Positions 1 through 9,472 of a stretch of 64,000 nt of DNA are shown here, one piece after another (the stretch's first letter is position 1; the number at the start of each line of letters is the position of its first letter). Where the stretch lies: positions 5,165-69,164 of the forward strand of contig JAZRON010000033.1 of NCBI GenBank assembly GCA_045648725.1. Direction: 5' to 3'. A program made the position numbers and the translations under genes. This stretch comes from Faecalimonas sp. (GTDB lineage Bacteria; Bacillota; Clostridia; Lachnospirales; Lachnospiraceae). The notes below the pieces were generated by a model, which had not been told where the DNA came from, made no database searches, and was given only the letters and a program-made list of their open reading frames with translations.

Positions 1-2
1 TA

Positions 3-362
3 AGCTCTGCAATTATGGAGGTTCGTGCTCAATTGTTGGAGTTACAGCGTGATTTGGCAAGAACACAGGACGTTGTTATGGATGGGCGTGATATTGGGAC
101 AAATATTTTACCAAATGCAGATGTGAAAGTATATTTAACAGCAAGTGTGGAAGAAAGAGCCAGAAGAAGGTATTTGGAGTTACAAGAAAAAGGGATTGCT
201 TGTAATCTAGAAGAGATTGCACACGATATTGAAGAAAGAGATACTCGAGATATGAACCGAGAGATTGCGCCACTTAAACAGGCAGAAGATGCAGTTCTTG
301 TAGACAGTTCCTATATGAGTATTGATGAAGTCGTGCAGACAATTAAAAACTTATGTAAATAG
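3..362 (+). CDS. cmk: Cytidylate kinase, 5' end outside the window
   Basis: VVMDGRDIGT, LTASVEERARRR and RDMNREIAPL motifs; frame is open to the window edge. Confidence 0.95.
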   Translation, partial: SSAIMEVRAQLLELQRDLARTQDVVMDGRDIGTNILPNADVKVYLTASVEERARRRYLELQEKGIACNLEEIAHDIEERDTRDMNREIAPLKQAEDAVLVDSSYMSIDEVVQTIKNLCK

Positions 363-372
363 GAAGAAGTGT

Positions 373-1227
373 ATGGAAGTAAGATTAGCAAAAACAGCCG
401 GATTTTGTTTTGGAGTAAGACGAGCTGTGGATACGGTTTATGAGCAAGTGAAAAATTGCACAGGGGAACACATTTATACTTATGGACCAATTATTCATAA
501 TGAAGAAGTGGTAAAAGATTTGCAGAGCAAAGGCGTTAAAGTTTTGAATGCCATGGACGAACTCAAGGCATTGACGGAGGGAACTGTCATTATTCGTTCT
601 CACGGAGTGTCAAAAGAGGTATACGATGTTTTGGAAGATCGAGGCGTGAAATGTGTCGATGCCACATGCCCGTTTGTAAAAAAAATCCATAAAATTGTCG
701 CTAAAGAGAGTAATGAAGGAGCATATATTGTCATCATAGGTGACGAAAATCATCCGGAGGTACAGGGAATCAAAGGCTGGGCCGGAAAACATGTGACGGT
801 GATTAAGACAGAGGAAGAAGCAGAAGGCTATTTTGTGCCTGAAAATGCAAAAGTTTGTATTGTTTCTCAAACGACATTTAATTACAATAAATTCAAATAT
901 TTAGTTGAAATTATTTCAAAAAAGAGTTATGATATAAGTGTTTTAAATACAATTTGCAGTGCTACAAAAGAACGTCAGACAGAAGCAGAATGCATTGCAA
1001 AAGAGGTGGATGCTATGATTGTAATCGGTGATAAGCATAGTTCCAATACTCAGAAGTTATTTGAAATATGCAGGAATGCATGTAACAATACGTACTATAT
1101 ACAGACACTTGAAGATTTGAACATGAATCCATTAAAGTCAGTAAAAACGGTAGGTATTACAGCTGGTGCATCGACGCCAAAGAATATTATTGAGGAGGTT
1201 CAAAATAATGTTAGATTTAACTTTTGA
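373..1227 (+). CDS. ispH: 4-hydroxy-3-methylbut-2-enyl diphosphate reductase
   Basis: AGFCFGV, DATCPFV, SQTT, TICSAT and TAGASTP motifs; start taken at MEVRLAK. Confidence 0.95.
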   Translation: MEVRLAKTAGFCFGVRRAVDTVYEQVKNCTGEHIYTYGPIIHNEEVVKDLQSKGVKVLNAMDELKALTEGTVIIRSHGVSKEVYDVLEDRGVKCVDATCPFVKKIHKIVAKESNEGAYIVIIGDENHPEVQGIKGWAGKHVTVIKTEEEAEGYFVPENAKVCIVSQTTFNYNKFKYLVEIISKKSYDISVLNTICSATKERQTEAECIAKEVDAMIVIGDKHSSNTQKLFEICRNACNNTYYIQTLEDLNMNPLKSVKTVGITAGASTPKNIIEEVQNNVRFNF

Positions 1228-2386
1228 ACAAATGTTAGAAGATTCATTCAAAACTATACGTAATGGAGAGGTTGTAGATGGTACAGTCATTGATGTAAAA
1301 CCTGACGAGATCATTTTAAATATAGGCTACAAAGCTGACGGTATCGTTACACGCAGTGAATACACGAATGACCAAAGTGTAGACTTGACAACAGCGGTTT
1401 CTGTTGGTGATACAATGGCCGTAAAAGTGTTAAAAGTGAATGATGGTGAAGGCCAAGTGCTTCTCACATACAAGAGACTGGCTGCAGAAAAAGGAAACGA
1501 AAGATTAAAAGAAGCTTTTGAAAACAAGGAAGTGTTAAAAGCTACAGTAGTTCAAATCCTTGGCGGCGGATTAAGTGTGGTTGTTGAAGAGGCAAGAGTA
1601 TTTATTCCTGCAAGCTTAGTATCAGATGTATATGAAAAAGACCTTAGTAAATATCAAGGACAGGAAATTGAATTTGTAATCAGCGAATTTAATCCAAAGA
1701 GAAATAGAATTATCGGTGACAGAAGACAACTTTTAGTTGCTGAAAAAGCAGAATTGCAGAAGGCGTTATTTGAAAAATTGAATGTAGGTGATACTGTAAC
1801 AGGTACAGTGAAAAATGTTACAGATTTTGGTGCTTTCATCGACTTGGGCGGTGTAGATGGTTTATTACATATTTCGGAAATGTCATGGGGCAGAGTTGAA
1901 AATCCTAAAAAGGTATTTAAAGTTGGCGAAGAGATTAGTGTTTTTGTAAAAGATATTAATGATACAAAAGTTGCTTTAAGTTTGAAATTCCCAGAGTCAA
2001 ATCCATGGGCAAATGCTGCTGAAAATTTTGCGGTCGGAAAAGAAGTAACCGGTAAAGTGGCAAGAATGACAGACTTTGGTGCATTTGTTGAGTTAGCACC
2101 GGGAGTAGATGCATTATTGCATGTATCACAGATTTCAAGAGCACACGTAGAAAAACCAGCTGATGTATTGACAGTAGGTCAGGAAATTACAGCAAAGATT
2201 GTAGACTTAAACGAAGCCGACAAGAAAATCAGCTTAAGTATGAAAGCCTTAGAACCTGTTGCGGAGCCTGTTGAAGAGCCTGCAGAGGTGGAAGCAGTTG
2301 AGGAAACTGCACAAGTTGTTGAAGTTGAAGAAACAGCTGAAGTTGTTGCAGAAAACACAGAAGCAGTAGAAGAAACAGCCGAATAA
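1208..2386 (+). CDS. rpsA: 30S ribosomal protein S1 (four S1 domains plus acidic tail)
   Basis: Repeated DFGAF..DGLLHISE S1 motifs; RBS GAGGAGG at 1192-1198. Confidence 0.93.
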   Translation: MLDLTFEQMLEDSFKTIRNGEVVDGTVIDVKPDEIILNIGYKADGIVTRSEYTNDQSVDLTTAVSVGDTMAVKVLKVNDGEGQVLLTYKRLAAEKGNERLKEAFENKEVLKATVVQILGGGLSVVVEEARVFIPASLVSDVYEKDLSKYQGQEIEFVISEFNPKRNRIIGDRRQLLVAEKAELQKALFEKLNVGDTVTGTVKNVTDFGAFIDLGGVDGLLHISEMSWGRVENPKKVFKVGEEISVFVKDINDTKVALSLKFPESNPWANAAENFAVGKEVTGKVARMTDFGAFVELAPGVDALLHVSQISRAHVEKPADVLTVGQEITAKIVDLNEADKKISLSMKALEPVAEPVEEPAEVEAVEETAQVVEVEETAEVVAENTEAVEETAE

Positions 2387-2405
2387 TTGAGAGGAAACTC
2401 ATGAC

Positions 2406-2433
2406 AAATAGAGACTACGTGTAGTCTCTATTT
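2406..2433 (+). terminator. Hairpin, probable intrinsic terminator after rpsA
   Basis: AAATAGAGACTAC-GT-GTAGTCTCTATTT perfect inverted repeat. Confidence 0.65.
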
Positions 2434-2447
2434 GTGCTTATAGGCCT

Positions 2448-2465
2448 ATGTGAAAAAAATATCAA
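2448..2465. promoter_or_regulatory. Putative Rex operator upstream of rnfC
   Basis: ATGTGAA-AAAA-ATATCAA resembles TTGTKAA-N4-TTMACAA with 3 mismatches; logical target. Confidence 0.45.
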
Positions 2466-2489
2466 GAAAATGAAATGGAGGAAAAAAGG

Positions 2490-3809
2490 ATGGCATTATT
2501 TACATTCAAAGGTGGAATTCATCCAAATGATGGTAAAAGCTTATCGAAAGATAAAGAGATTGTTTCTATTTTGCCAAAAGGTGATTTGGTATACCCACTC
2601 TCTCAACATATTGGTGCGCCGGCCAATCCAATTGTAGCAGCTGGAGACCAAGTGCTTAGAGGACAGAAAATTGCAGAAGCAGGAGGATTTGTATCTGCAC
2701 CAATATACTCAGCTGTGTCAGGTACTGTAAAAGCAATTGAGCCGCGCTTTAATCCAACCGGATCAAAAGTGAACAGCATTATCATTGAAAATGATGGGGA
2801 ATACATAGAGGTAGAGTATGCGCCGGTAAAACCATTTGTAGAATTGTCAAAGGAAGAAATCTTAAACATGATCGGTGAAGCTGGTGTTGTAGGTATGGGT
2901 GGAGCAGGTTTCCCTACAAAAGTGAAATTGTCTCCAAAGGAACCAGATAAGATTGAGTACATCATTGCAAACTGTGCAGAATGTGAACCATATATCACAG
3001 CAGACTACAGAAGAATGCTTGAAAATCCGGAAGAATTGATCAGTGGTATGAGAGTTGTATTGAGTTTGTTTGACAATGCAAAAGGAATTTTCGGTGTAGA
3101 GGATAATAAACCAGATGCAATTGCGAAATTAAAAGAACTTACAAAAGATGAGCCACGTATGGAAGTGATGGCACTTAAGACAAAGTATCCTCAAGGTGCG
3201 GAACGTCAATTAATTTATGCTACCACTGGAAGAACAATCAACTCGAGTATGCTTCCGGCAGATGCAGGATGCGTTGTAGATAATGTGGAAACATTAATCT
3301 GCATTCATAATGCAGTTATAAATGGCAGACCTCTTTTAGAACGTGTTACAACAGTAAGCGGTGATGGTGTGAACGAACCTGGTAACTTTAAAGTTCTATT
3401 GGGAATGAACCAAAAAGAAGTAGTGGAAGCTGCCGGTGGTCTTAAAGGAGAACCTGAAAAAATCATTTCAGGTGGTCCTATGATGGGATTTGCAATGTTT
3501 ACTTTAGATACTCCAATCACAAAAACATCTTCTTCCATTCTTTGTCTAACAAAAGATGAAGTGGCAGAACATGAACCAAGTGCTTGTATCAACTGCGGAC
3601 GTTGTGTAGATGCCTGCCCAAGTAGGATTATTCCATCAAGATTGGCTGATTATTCAGAACGTTTTGACGAAGATTCTTTCGTAAAATGGGAAGGTCTTGA
3701 ATGTGTAGAATGTGGCTCTTGTAGTTATGTGTGTCCGGCAAAACGTCATTTAAAACAATCCATTGGTTCTATGAAAAAAATTGTTTTGGCGAATCGAAGA
3801 AAGAAATAG
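2490..3809 (+). CDS. rnfC: Rnf electron transport complex subunit C
   Basis: FKGGIHP, GMGGAGFPT, ANCAECEPY motifs and two C-terminal CxxCxxCxxxC motifs. Confidence 0.95.
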   Translation: MALFTFKGGIHPNDGKSLSKDKEIVSILPKGDLVYPLSQHIGAPANPIVAAGDQVLRGQKIAEAGGFVSAPIYSAVSGTVKAIEPRFNPTGSKVNSIIIENDGEYIEVEYAPVKPFVELSKEEILNMIGEAGVVGMGGAGFPTKVKLSPKEPDKIEYIIANCAECEPYITADYRRMLENPEELISGMRVVLSLFDNAKGIFGVEDNKPDAIAKLKELTKDEPRMEVMALKTKYPQGAERQLIYATTGRTINSSMLPADAGCVVDNVETLICIHNAVINGRPLLERVTTVSGDGVNEPGNFKVLLGMNQKEVVEAAGGLKGEPEKIISGGPMMGFAMFTLDTPITKTSSSILCLTKDEVAEHEPSACINCGRCVDACPSRIIPSRLADYSERFDEDSFVKWEGLECVECGSCSYVCPAKRHLKQSIGSMKKIVLANRRKK

Positions 3810-3829
3810 AAAGGAAGAGGTGATTTGAC

Positions 3830-4753
3830 GTGAGTGAGAATTTTAATATATCATCTTCACCACATATACGTTCTAAAGTTACAACAGGCAATATTATGTT
3901 AATGGTAATCATTGCACTGCTGCCTGCAACAGCCTTTGGGATTGTGAACTTTGGACTTTCGGCATTGTTGGTGATTTTAGTAACGGTGGCTTCAGCTGTG
4001 CTTACGGAGTATTTGTACCAAAAAGTGATGCACAGAAAAGTAACAATTAGTGATTTTAGCGCCGCAGTAACCGGTTTGTTATTGGCGCTGAATATGCCGC
4101 CTACTGCACCATGGTGGATGTGTGTACTAGGTAGTGTATTTGCTATCTTGGTAGTAAAGCAAGTATTTGGTGGCCTTGGTCAGAATTTTATGAATCCAGC
4201 CCTTGGAGCAAGATGTTTCTTGTTGATTTCCTTTACAGGAAGAATGACAACATTTGTTTATGATGGTGTTACGGGAGCTACACCATTGGCACTATTAAAG
4301 GCAGGAGAGAAGGTTAATGTGTTCGATATGTTCCTTGGAAATATCGGAGGTACAATCGGTGAAACATCGGTAGTGGCAATCTTAATTGGTGCTATTTTCT
4401 TATTGGCAAAAGGAATTATCGATATCAGAATCCCGGCATCATACATTATTACATTCGCTGTGTTTGTACTGATTTTCGGTGGATTTGATGTTACATATTT
4501 GGCGGCGCACCTTTGTGGTGGCGGGTTAATGCTTGGGGCATGGTTCATGGCTACTGACTACGTAACATGTCCAATTACACCAAACGGAAAAATATTATTT
4601 GGTGTATGCCTTGGTGTTTTAACAGGTGTATTCCGTTTGTTTGGTGGATCGGCAGAAGGCGTTTCCTATGCCATTATCATCAGTAACCTTTTAGTTCCAT
4701 TGATTGAGAAGGTTACTCTTCCAAAACCATTCGGTAAAGGAGGAGAAAAATAA
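3830..4753 (+). CDS. rnfD: Rnf subunit D
   Basis: SSPHI, FGGLGQNFMNPA, FMN-attachment motif TGATPL, MATDY. Confidence 0.95.
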   Translation: MSENFNISSSPHIRSKVTTGNIMLMVIIALLPATAFGIVNFGLSALLVILVTVASAVLTEYLYQKVMHRKVTISDFSAAVTGLLLALNMPPTAPWWMCVLGSVFAILVVKQVFGGLGQNFMNPALGARCFLLISFTGRMTTFVYDGVTGATPLALLKAGEKVNVFDMFLGNIGGTIGETSVVAILIGAIFLLAKGIIDIRIPASYIITFAVFVLIFGGFDVTYLAAHLCGGGLMLGAWFMATDYVTCPITPNGKILFGVCLGVLTGVFRLFGGSAEGVSYAIIISNLLVPLIEKVTLPKPFGKGGEK

Positions 4754-5334
4754 TGAAAAATATTATTAAAAATACGGCTATTCTTACAGTGATTACATTG
4801 GTGGCCGGTATCTTACTTGGTTTTGTCTATGACATTACAAAAGAACCGATTGCTCTTGCAAAAGAAAAGGCAAAAAATGAAGCTTACCAGGCAGTTATGA
4901 AAGAAGCTGATACTTTTGAACAGACAGAGGTGGATGGTTTGGTTGATTTGCCTTGTGCAATTAACGAAGCTGTAGTTGCAAAAGCTGGAGAAGAGGTGGT
5001 TGGGTATGTTGTTACGGTGACCACAAGTGAAGGCTATGGTGGAGATATTCAAGTTTCAGTAGGTATTGCAGCAGATGGAACAGTAAAAGGCATTGAAATG
5101 CTTTCTATCGCTGAAACAGCCGGGCTTGGTATGAATGCAAATACACCTGAGTTCAAGGCACAATATGCTGACGTTTTAACAGAAGAATTTGTTGTGACAA
5201 AAACAGGTGCTGCTGCAGATAATGAAATTGATGCGATTAGTGGAGCAACGATTACATCAAATGCTGTTACAAATGCAGTTAATTCAGCTATTACATATTT
5301 CAATCAAGTGTTAGGAGGTAGTGTAAATGAATAG
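4753..5334 (+). CDS. rnfG: Rnf subunit G (FMN-binding)
   Basis: N-terminal TM helix, GYGGDI, ETAGLG, DAISGATITS. Confidence 0.95.
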   Translation: MKNIIKNTAILTVITLVAGILLGFVYDITKEPIALAKEKAKNEAYQAVMKEADTFEQTEVDGLVDLPCAINEAVVAKAGEEVVGYVVTVTTSEGYGGDIQVSVGIAADGTVKGIEMLSIAETAGLGMNANTPEFKAQYADVLTEEFVVTKTGAAADNEIDAISGATITSNAVTNAVNSAITYFNQVLGGSVNE

Positions 5335-6028
5335 ATGTGTTGAAAGACTTTACAACGGTCTCATTAAAGAAAATCCTACCTTCGTATTGATGTTAGGTAT
5401 GTGTCCAACACTTGCTGTAACAACATCGGCAATCAACGGTGCAGGAATGGGGCTTGCAACAACATTTGTTCTTGTAATGTCCAATATGTTAATCTCTATG
5501 CTTCGTAAGATTATTCCGGATTCTGTGCGTATGCCGGCGTTTATCGTGGTGGTAGCGTCTTTCGTTACAATCGTACAGTTTATATTAGAAGGGTTCGTGC
5601 CGGCCTTATATTCATCACTCGGCGTGTTTATCCCACTTATTGTAGTAAACTGTATCATCTTAGGCCGTGCAGAAAGCTATGCGTCTAAGAATCCTGTAGT
5701 GCCATCCATCTTTGATGGTATTGGTATGGGGCTTGGGTTTACGGTTGGCCTTACAGCAATCGGTGTTGTAAGAGAACTTATTGGTGCGGGTACAGTGTTT
5801 GGGTTCCAAATCATGCCGGCATCTTATGAACCGGTTACAATCTTCATCTTGGCACCGGGTGCGTTCTTTGTATTGTCTTGCTTAGTTGCTGCTCAGAATA
5901 AAATCAAAGCGAATGCGGCTAAAAAAGGCAGAGAAGTAAAAGAAGTTGGTGGATGCGGTGAAGGTTGCGGAAACTGTGGAAATAGTGCATGTGGCGGAAA
6001 AGTATTCCCTACAGGAAATGAAGAATAG
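5327..6028 (+). CDS. rnfE: Rnf subunit E with Cys-rich C-terminal tail
   Basis: LGMCPTLAVT and IPLIVVNCIILGRAE motifs. Confidence 0.95.
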   Translation: MNRCVERLYNGLIKENPTFVLMLGMCPTLAVTTSAINGAGMGLATTFVLVMSNMLISMLRKIIPDSVRMPAFIVVVASFVTIVQFILEGFVPALYSSLGVFIPLIVVNCIILGRAESYASKNPVVPSIFDGIGMGLGFTVGLTAIGVVRELIGAGTVFGFQIMPASYEPVTIFILAPGAFFVLSCLVAAQNKIKANAAKKGREVKEVGGCGEGCGNCGNSACGGKVFPTGNEE

Positions 6029-6040
6029 GAGGAGTGCAAA

Positions 6041-6616
6041 ATGGGAGAATTATTACTTATTGCTGTTGGTGCAGCTCTTGTAAATAACGTTGTACTTAGC
6101 CAATTCATGGGAATTTGTCCGTTCCTTGGAGTTTCAAAGAAAGTGGAAACTGCTGCCGGTATGGGCGGTGCTGTTATCTTTGTTATTGGAATTGCATCAC
6201 TTGTAACAAACTTAATACAAAAATTCATTCTTGAAAAAACAGGAATGGAATATTTGCAAACAATCGTATTTATTCTTGTAATTGCAGCGTTGGTACAATT
6301 TGTAGAAATGTTCTTGAAGAAGGCCATTCCTTCTTTATATCAAGCGTTAGGTGTGTTCTTGCCACTTATTACAACAAACTGTGCGGTATTAGGTGCTGCA
6401 ATCACAATTACACAAAAAGGATATGGCATTTTCACAGGTGTTATTTATGGTGTTGGTACAGCAGTTGGATTCACAATTGCAATCGTATTAATGGCCGGTA
6501 TTCGTGAAAAAATCGAACACAATGATATTCCGGAATCATTCAAAGGAACTCCAATCGTACTTGTGACAGCAGGTCTTATGGCGATTGCATTCTTTGGATT
6601 CTCAGGATTAATTTAG
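6041..6616 (+). CDS. rnfA: Rnf subunit A
   Basis: NNVVLSQFMGICPFLGVS and LPLITTNCAVLG motifs. Confidence 0.95.
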   Translation: MGELLLIAVGAALVNNVVLSQFMGICPFLGVSKKVETAAGMGGAVIFVIGIASLVTNLIQKFILEKTGMEYLQTIVFILVIAALVQFVEMFLKKAIPSLYQALGVFLPLITTNCAVLGAAITITQKGYGIFTGVIYGVGTAVGFTIAIVLMAGIREKIEHNDIPESFKGTPIVLVTAGLMAIAFFGFSGLI

Positions 6617-6631
6617 GAGGGCGAAAAGAGT

Positions 6632-7417
6632 ATGACAGGAATTATTATTGCTGCTGCTGTGGTAGGTGGCGTTGGATTATTCATCGGTGTTTTCCTAGGT
6701 ATTGCAGGCAAAGCTTTTGCTGTAGAAGTTGATCCGAGAGAAGAAGCAATTGCAGCTACACTTCCGGGAAACAACTGTGGTGGTTGTGGCTATGCAGGAT
6801 GTTCAGGGCTTGCGTCAGCCATTGTAAAAGGGGAAGCAGAATGTGGCGCTTGTCCGGTAGGAGGCGCACCGGTTGCTACACAAATTGCAGAAATTATGGG
6901 CATGGAAGTCGGCGAAACTGTTCGCAAGGTGGCTTTTGTAAAATGTGCCGGTACATGTGATAAGGCAAACACTGATTACAAGTATACAGGTGTGGAAGAT
7001 TGTGCCATGATGGCTTTTGTGCAGAATGGTGGACCGAAGTCGTGTAAGTATGGATGTATGGGATTTGGTTCTTGTGTAAAGGCCTGTCCATTTGATGCAA
7101 TTCATGTGGTGGATGGTATTGCTGTAGTAGACAAAGAGGCTTGCAAAGCTTGTGGAAAATGTATTGCCGCATGTCCTAAGAACCTAATTGAATTGATTCC
7201 ATATGAGCAAAAACATATGGTACAGTGTAATTCACAGGACAAAGGAAAAGATGTGATGAAGGCATGCAAAGTGGGATGTATTGGTTGTATGATGTGCAAA
7301 AAGGTATGTCCAAATGATGCCATCACGGTGGAAAATAACATTGCTCACATTGACTCGGAAAAATGTACGAATTGTGGTCTGTGTGCAGAAAAATGTCCTA
7401 AAAAGATTATTTTATAA
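6632..7417 (+). CDS. rnfB: Rnf subunit B (polyferredoxin)
   Basis: LPGNNCGGCGYAGC and multiple CxxCxxCxxxCP motifs. Confidence 0.95.
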   Translation: MTGIIIAAAVVGGVGLFIGVFLGIAGKAFAVEVDPREEAIAATLPGNNCGGCGYAGCSGLASAIVKGEAECGACPVGGAPVATQIAEIMGMEVGETVRKVAFVKCAGTCDKANTDYKYTGVEDCAMMAFVQNGGPKSCKYGCMGFGSCVKACPFDAIHVVDGIAVVDKEACKACGKCIAACPKNLIELIPYEQKHMVQCNSQDKGKDVMKACKVGCIGCMMCKKVCPNDAITVENNIAHIDSEKCTNCGLCAEKCPKKIIL

Positions 7418-7428
7418 AATACATAAGT

Positions 7429-7459
7429 CAAAAAATCCGGGTATTACCCGGATTTTTTG
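7429..7459. terminator. Bidirectional intrinsic terminator between rnfB and apbE
   Basis: CAAAAAATCCGGGTA-T-TACCCGGATTTTTTG between convergent genes. Confidence 0.85.
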
Positions 7460-7468
7460 TGTTATAAG

Positions 7469-8440
7469 TTATAATCTTGTATCATGAAGTTGATAATCAA
7501 CAGTAACAAAAATTGCATCTACACCATTTAAGGACTCGATCAATTTCATGCCATCTTCCAGGCCAAGTGCAAAGCAGGAAGTACTAAGAGCATCTCCGTC
7601 CACAGATTTTTCTGATAAAATAGTGACCCCTAACAGTCCGTTATCATAGGGAAAACCAGTCTCAGTATTTAGAATATGATGATATAGTACATCATCTGTT
7701 TCAAAATAGCGTTCATAAACACCGGAGGATACCACAGAAGAATCAATGATTTTCACAGATGTAATAGTACTGCCTTGTTTGTGGAAAGGTTTTTGGATAC
7801 CAAGATTGAATGGAACGCCTTCTGGTTTGGATCCAATTGCGAGAATGTTTCCGCCAAGATTGATTAAGGCACTTTTTACACCCTTCCCTTTTAGATATTC
7901 TTTTAATCTATCTGCCATATATCCTTTTGCTATTCCGCCTAGGTCAATGGCAGCCTTAGGGTCTGATAAGGAAATCATATTACCATCTATTACAATATTT
8001 TTATAATTTACATGAGAAAGTGCTTCTATAATATGTGATTCTTTCGGTACTGTACCTGTATTATTTTTGAAGTCCCAAAGTTCACTGAGAGGAGCAATGG
8101 TAATATCAAATTTTCCATCTGTCAAATCCCCGTATTCTATTCCTTTTTGAATCAGTTCTAATGTAATATCAGATACCTTAACGGGATTTCCATTTGCATG
8201 ATTGAGTTGATATATTTCACTTGTCTCAATGGTTCTACTTACCGTTTGTTCCAAGTCATAACAGTATTGGAAGCACTGGTCCAGAATTGAAGTGTCATTA
8301 GAATCATATATATCTATAGTAATAACCGTGTCAAAGTAGATTCCTGTCTTGGAAATAGGTTCTTTCGTAACTAAATGACAGCCAGTAAATAGAAGCGATG
8401 ACATAAAAAAAACAATACATATTGTATATAATCGTTTCAT
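7469..8440 (-). CDS. apbE: FAD:protein FMN transferase lipoprotein
   Basis: Lipobox LFTGC; DLGGIAKGY, INLGGN, SSGVYER and HHIL motifs; RBS AGGAGG before MKRLY. Confidence 0.93.
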   Translation of the reverse strand: MKRLYTICIVFFMSSLLFTGCHLVTKEPISKTGIYFDTVITIDIYDSNDTSILDQCFQYCYDLEQTVSRTIETSEIYQLNHANGNPVKVSDITLELIQKGIEYGDLTDGKFDITIAPLSELWDFKNNTGTVPKESHIIEALSHVNYKNIVIDGNMISLSDPKAAIDLGGIAKGYMADRLKEYLKGKGVKSALINLGGNILAIGSKPEGVPFNLGIQKPFHKQGSTITSVKIIDSSVVSSGVYERYFETDDVLYHHILNTETGFPYDNGLLGVTILSEKSVDGDALSTSCFALGLEDGMKLIESLNGVDAIFVTVDYQLHDTRL

Positions 8441-8475
8441 GAATAACCTCCTAGATGTTTGCAAGGTACTTTAAA

Positions 8476-8556
8476 AGTATATCATAATCATACAAATATG
8501 CAATCGAACATACAATCGAACATGTGGTTGCATATTCAAAATGGTTGTGCTAGAAT
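8476..8556. promoter_or_regulatory. Divergent sigma-A-type promoters for apbE and the DUF1312 gene
   Basis: Minus strand TTGCAT-16-TATACT (8503-8476); plus strand TTGCAT-17-TAGAAT (8528-8556); both have a TG extension. Confidence 0.55.
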
Positions 8557-8578
8557 AAACGAGAGAGAGGATTCAGAT

Positions 8579-8935
8579 ATGAAGAAAAACGATATTCTTT
8601 TAGCAATCGGGATTTTTCTGATTGCAGGAGCGTTCATGCTTTGGTATTGGAACACTGGTGATCGGGATGTGGGAAATATTACAGTTACAATGAATGGTCA
8701 ACTTGTGGGAACCTACTCCTTGAAAAAAGACCAAGAGATTCCAATTGGTGAAACAAATTATTTGGTAATCAATGATGGACAGGCGGATATGATAAAAGCA
8801 GAGTGTCCGGATCAGATATGTGTAAACCATAAGCAGATTTCGAAAAACAGAGAAACCATTGTGTGTTTACCAAATAAAGTGATTGTGGAAGTGGTTGGTG
8901 GAGAAGAAGCTGACGTGGATGCGGTGACAAATTAG
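8579..8935 (+). CDS. NusG domain II/DUF1312 membrane protein (EetA-like)
   Basis: N-terminal TM helix; CPDQICV and IVCLPNKV motifs. Confidence 0.85.
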   Translation: MKKNDILLAIGIFLIAGAFMLWYWNTGDRDVGNITVTMNGQLVGTYSLKKDQEIPIGETNYLVINDGQADMIKAECPDQICVNHKQISKNRETIVCLPNKVIVEVVGGEEADVDAVTN

Positions 8936-8941
8936 TATTAG

Positions 8942-9442
8942 GTGATGAAGTTGAAGATAAAAGCAGCATATTTTGGTGTATTTACGGCATTAGCTCTGAT
9001 ATTTAGTTATGTGGAGACCTTGATTCCCATTCATGTTGGGATTCCAGGTGTTAAGTTAGGGCTTGCTAATCTGGTTGTTGTAATTGCATTATATCGTATA
9101 GGTGTAAGAGAGGCCTATGTGTTGTCTATCGTTAGAGTGATATTAGCCGGATTTTTGTTTGGGAATTTGTTTGCCATACTATATAGTTTTGCTGGTGGCT
9201 TACTCAGTTTGACGATCATGGTTTTTTTGAAAAAGACAGAGAAATTTAGTGTATTAGGCGTTAGTATGGCCGGGGGTGTGTTCCACAATGTAGGACAGCT
9301 TATGATGGCAACAATTGTATTAGAAAGCCTTAGTATTACATATTATTTGCCTGTGCTTATGATTTCAGGCGTTGTAACAGGGTTTTTGATAGGAATTGTA
9401 TCAAACGAAATGTTGAAACGTGTAAAAGGATTACAATTATAG
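8942..9442 (+). CDS. Gx transporter family / ECF S-component-like protein (EetB-like; often annotated heptaprenyl-PP synthase component I)
   Basis: PGVKLGLAN and HNVGQL motifs; hydrophobic throughout. Confidence 0.85.
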   Translation: MMKLKIKAAYFGVFTALALIFSYVETLIPIHVGIPGVKLGLANLVVVIALYRIGVREAYVLSIVRVILAGFLFGNLFAILYSFAGGLLSLTIMVFLKKTEKFSVLGVSMAGGVFHNVGQLMMATIVLESLSITYYLPVLMISGVVTGFLIGIVSNEMLKRVKGLQL

Positions 9443-9472
9443 ATGAAGTTTAAGAGATAGGGTGACGAAGCG

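Noticed and set aside
2250-2386. GAAGAAACAGC-like repeats at the end of rpsA
   Set aside because: They encode a low-complexity acidic protein tail (EETA repeats).
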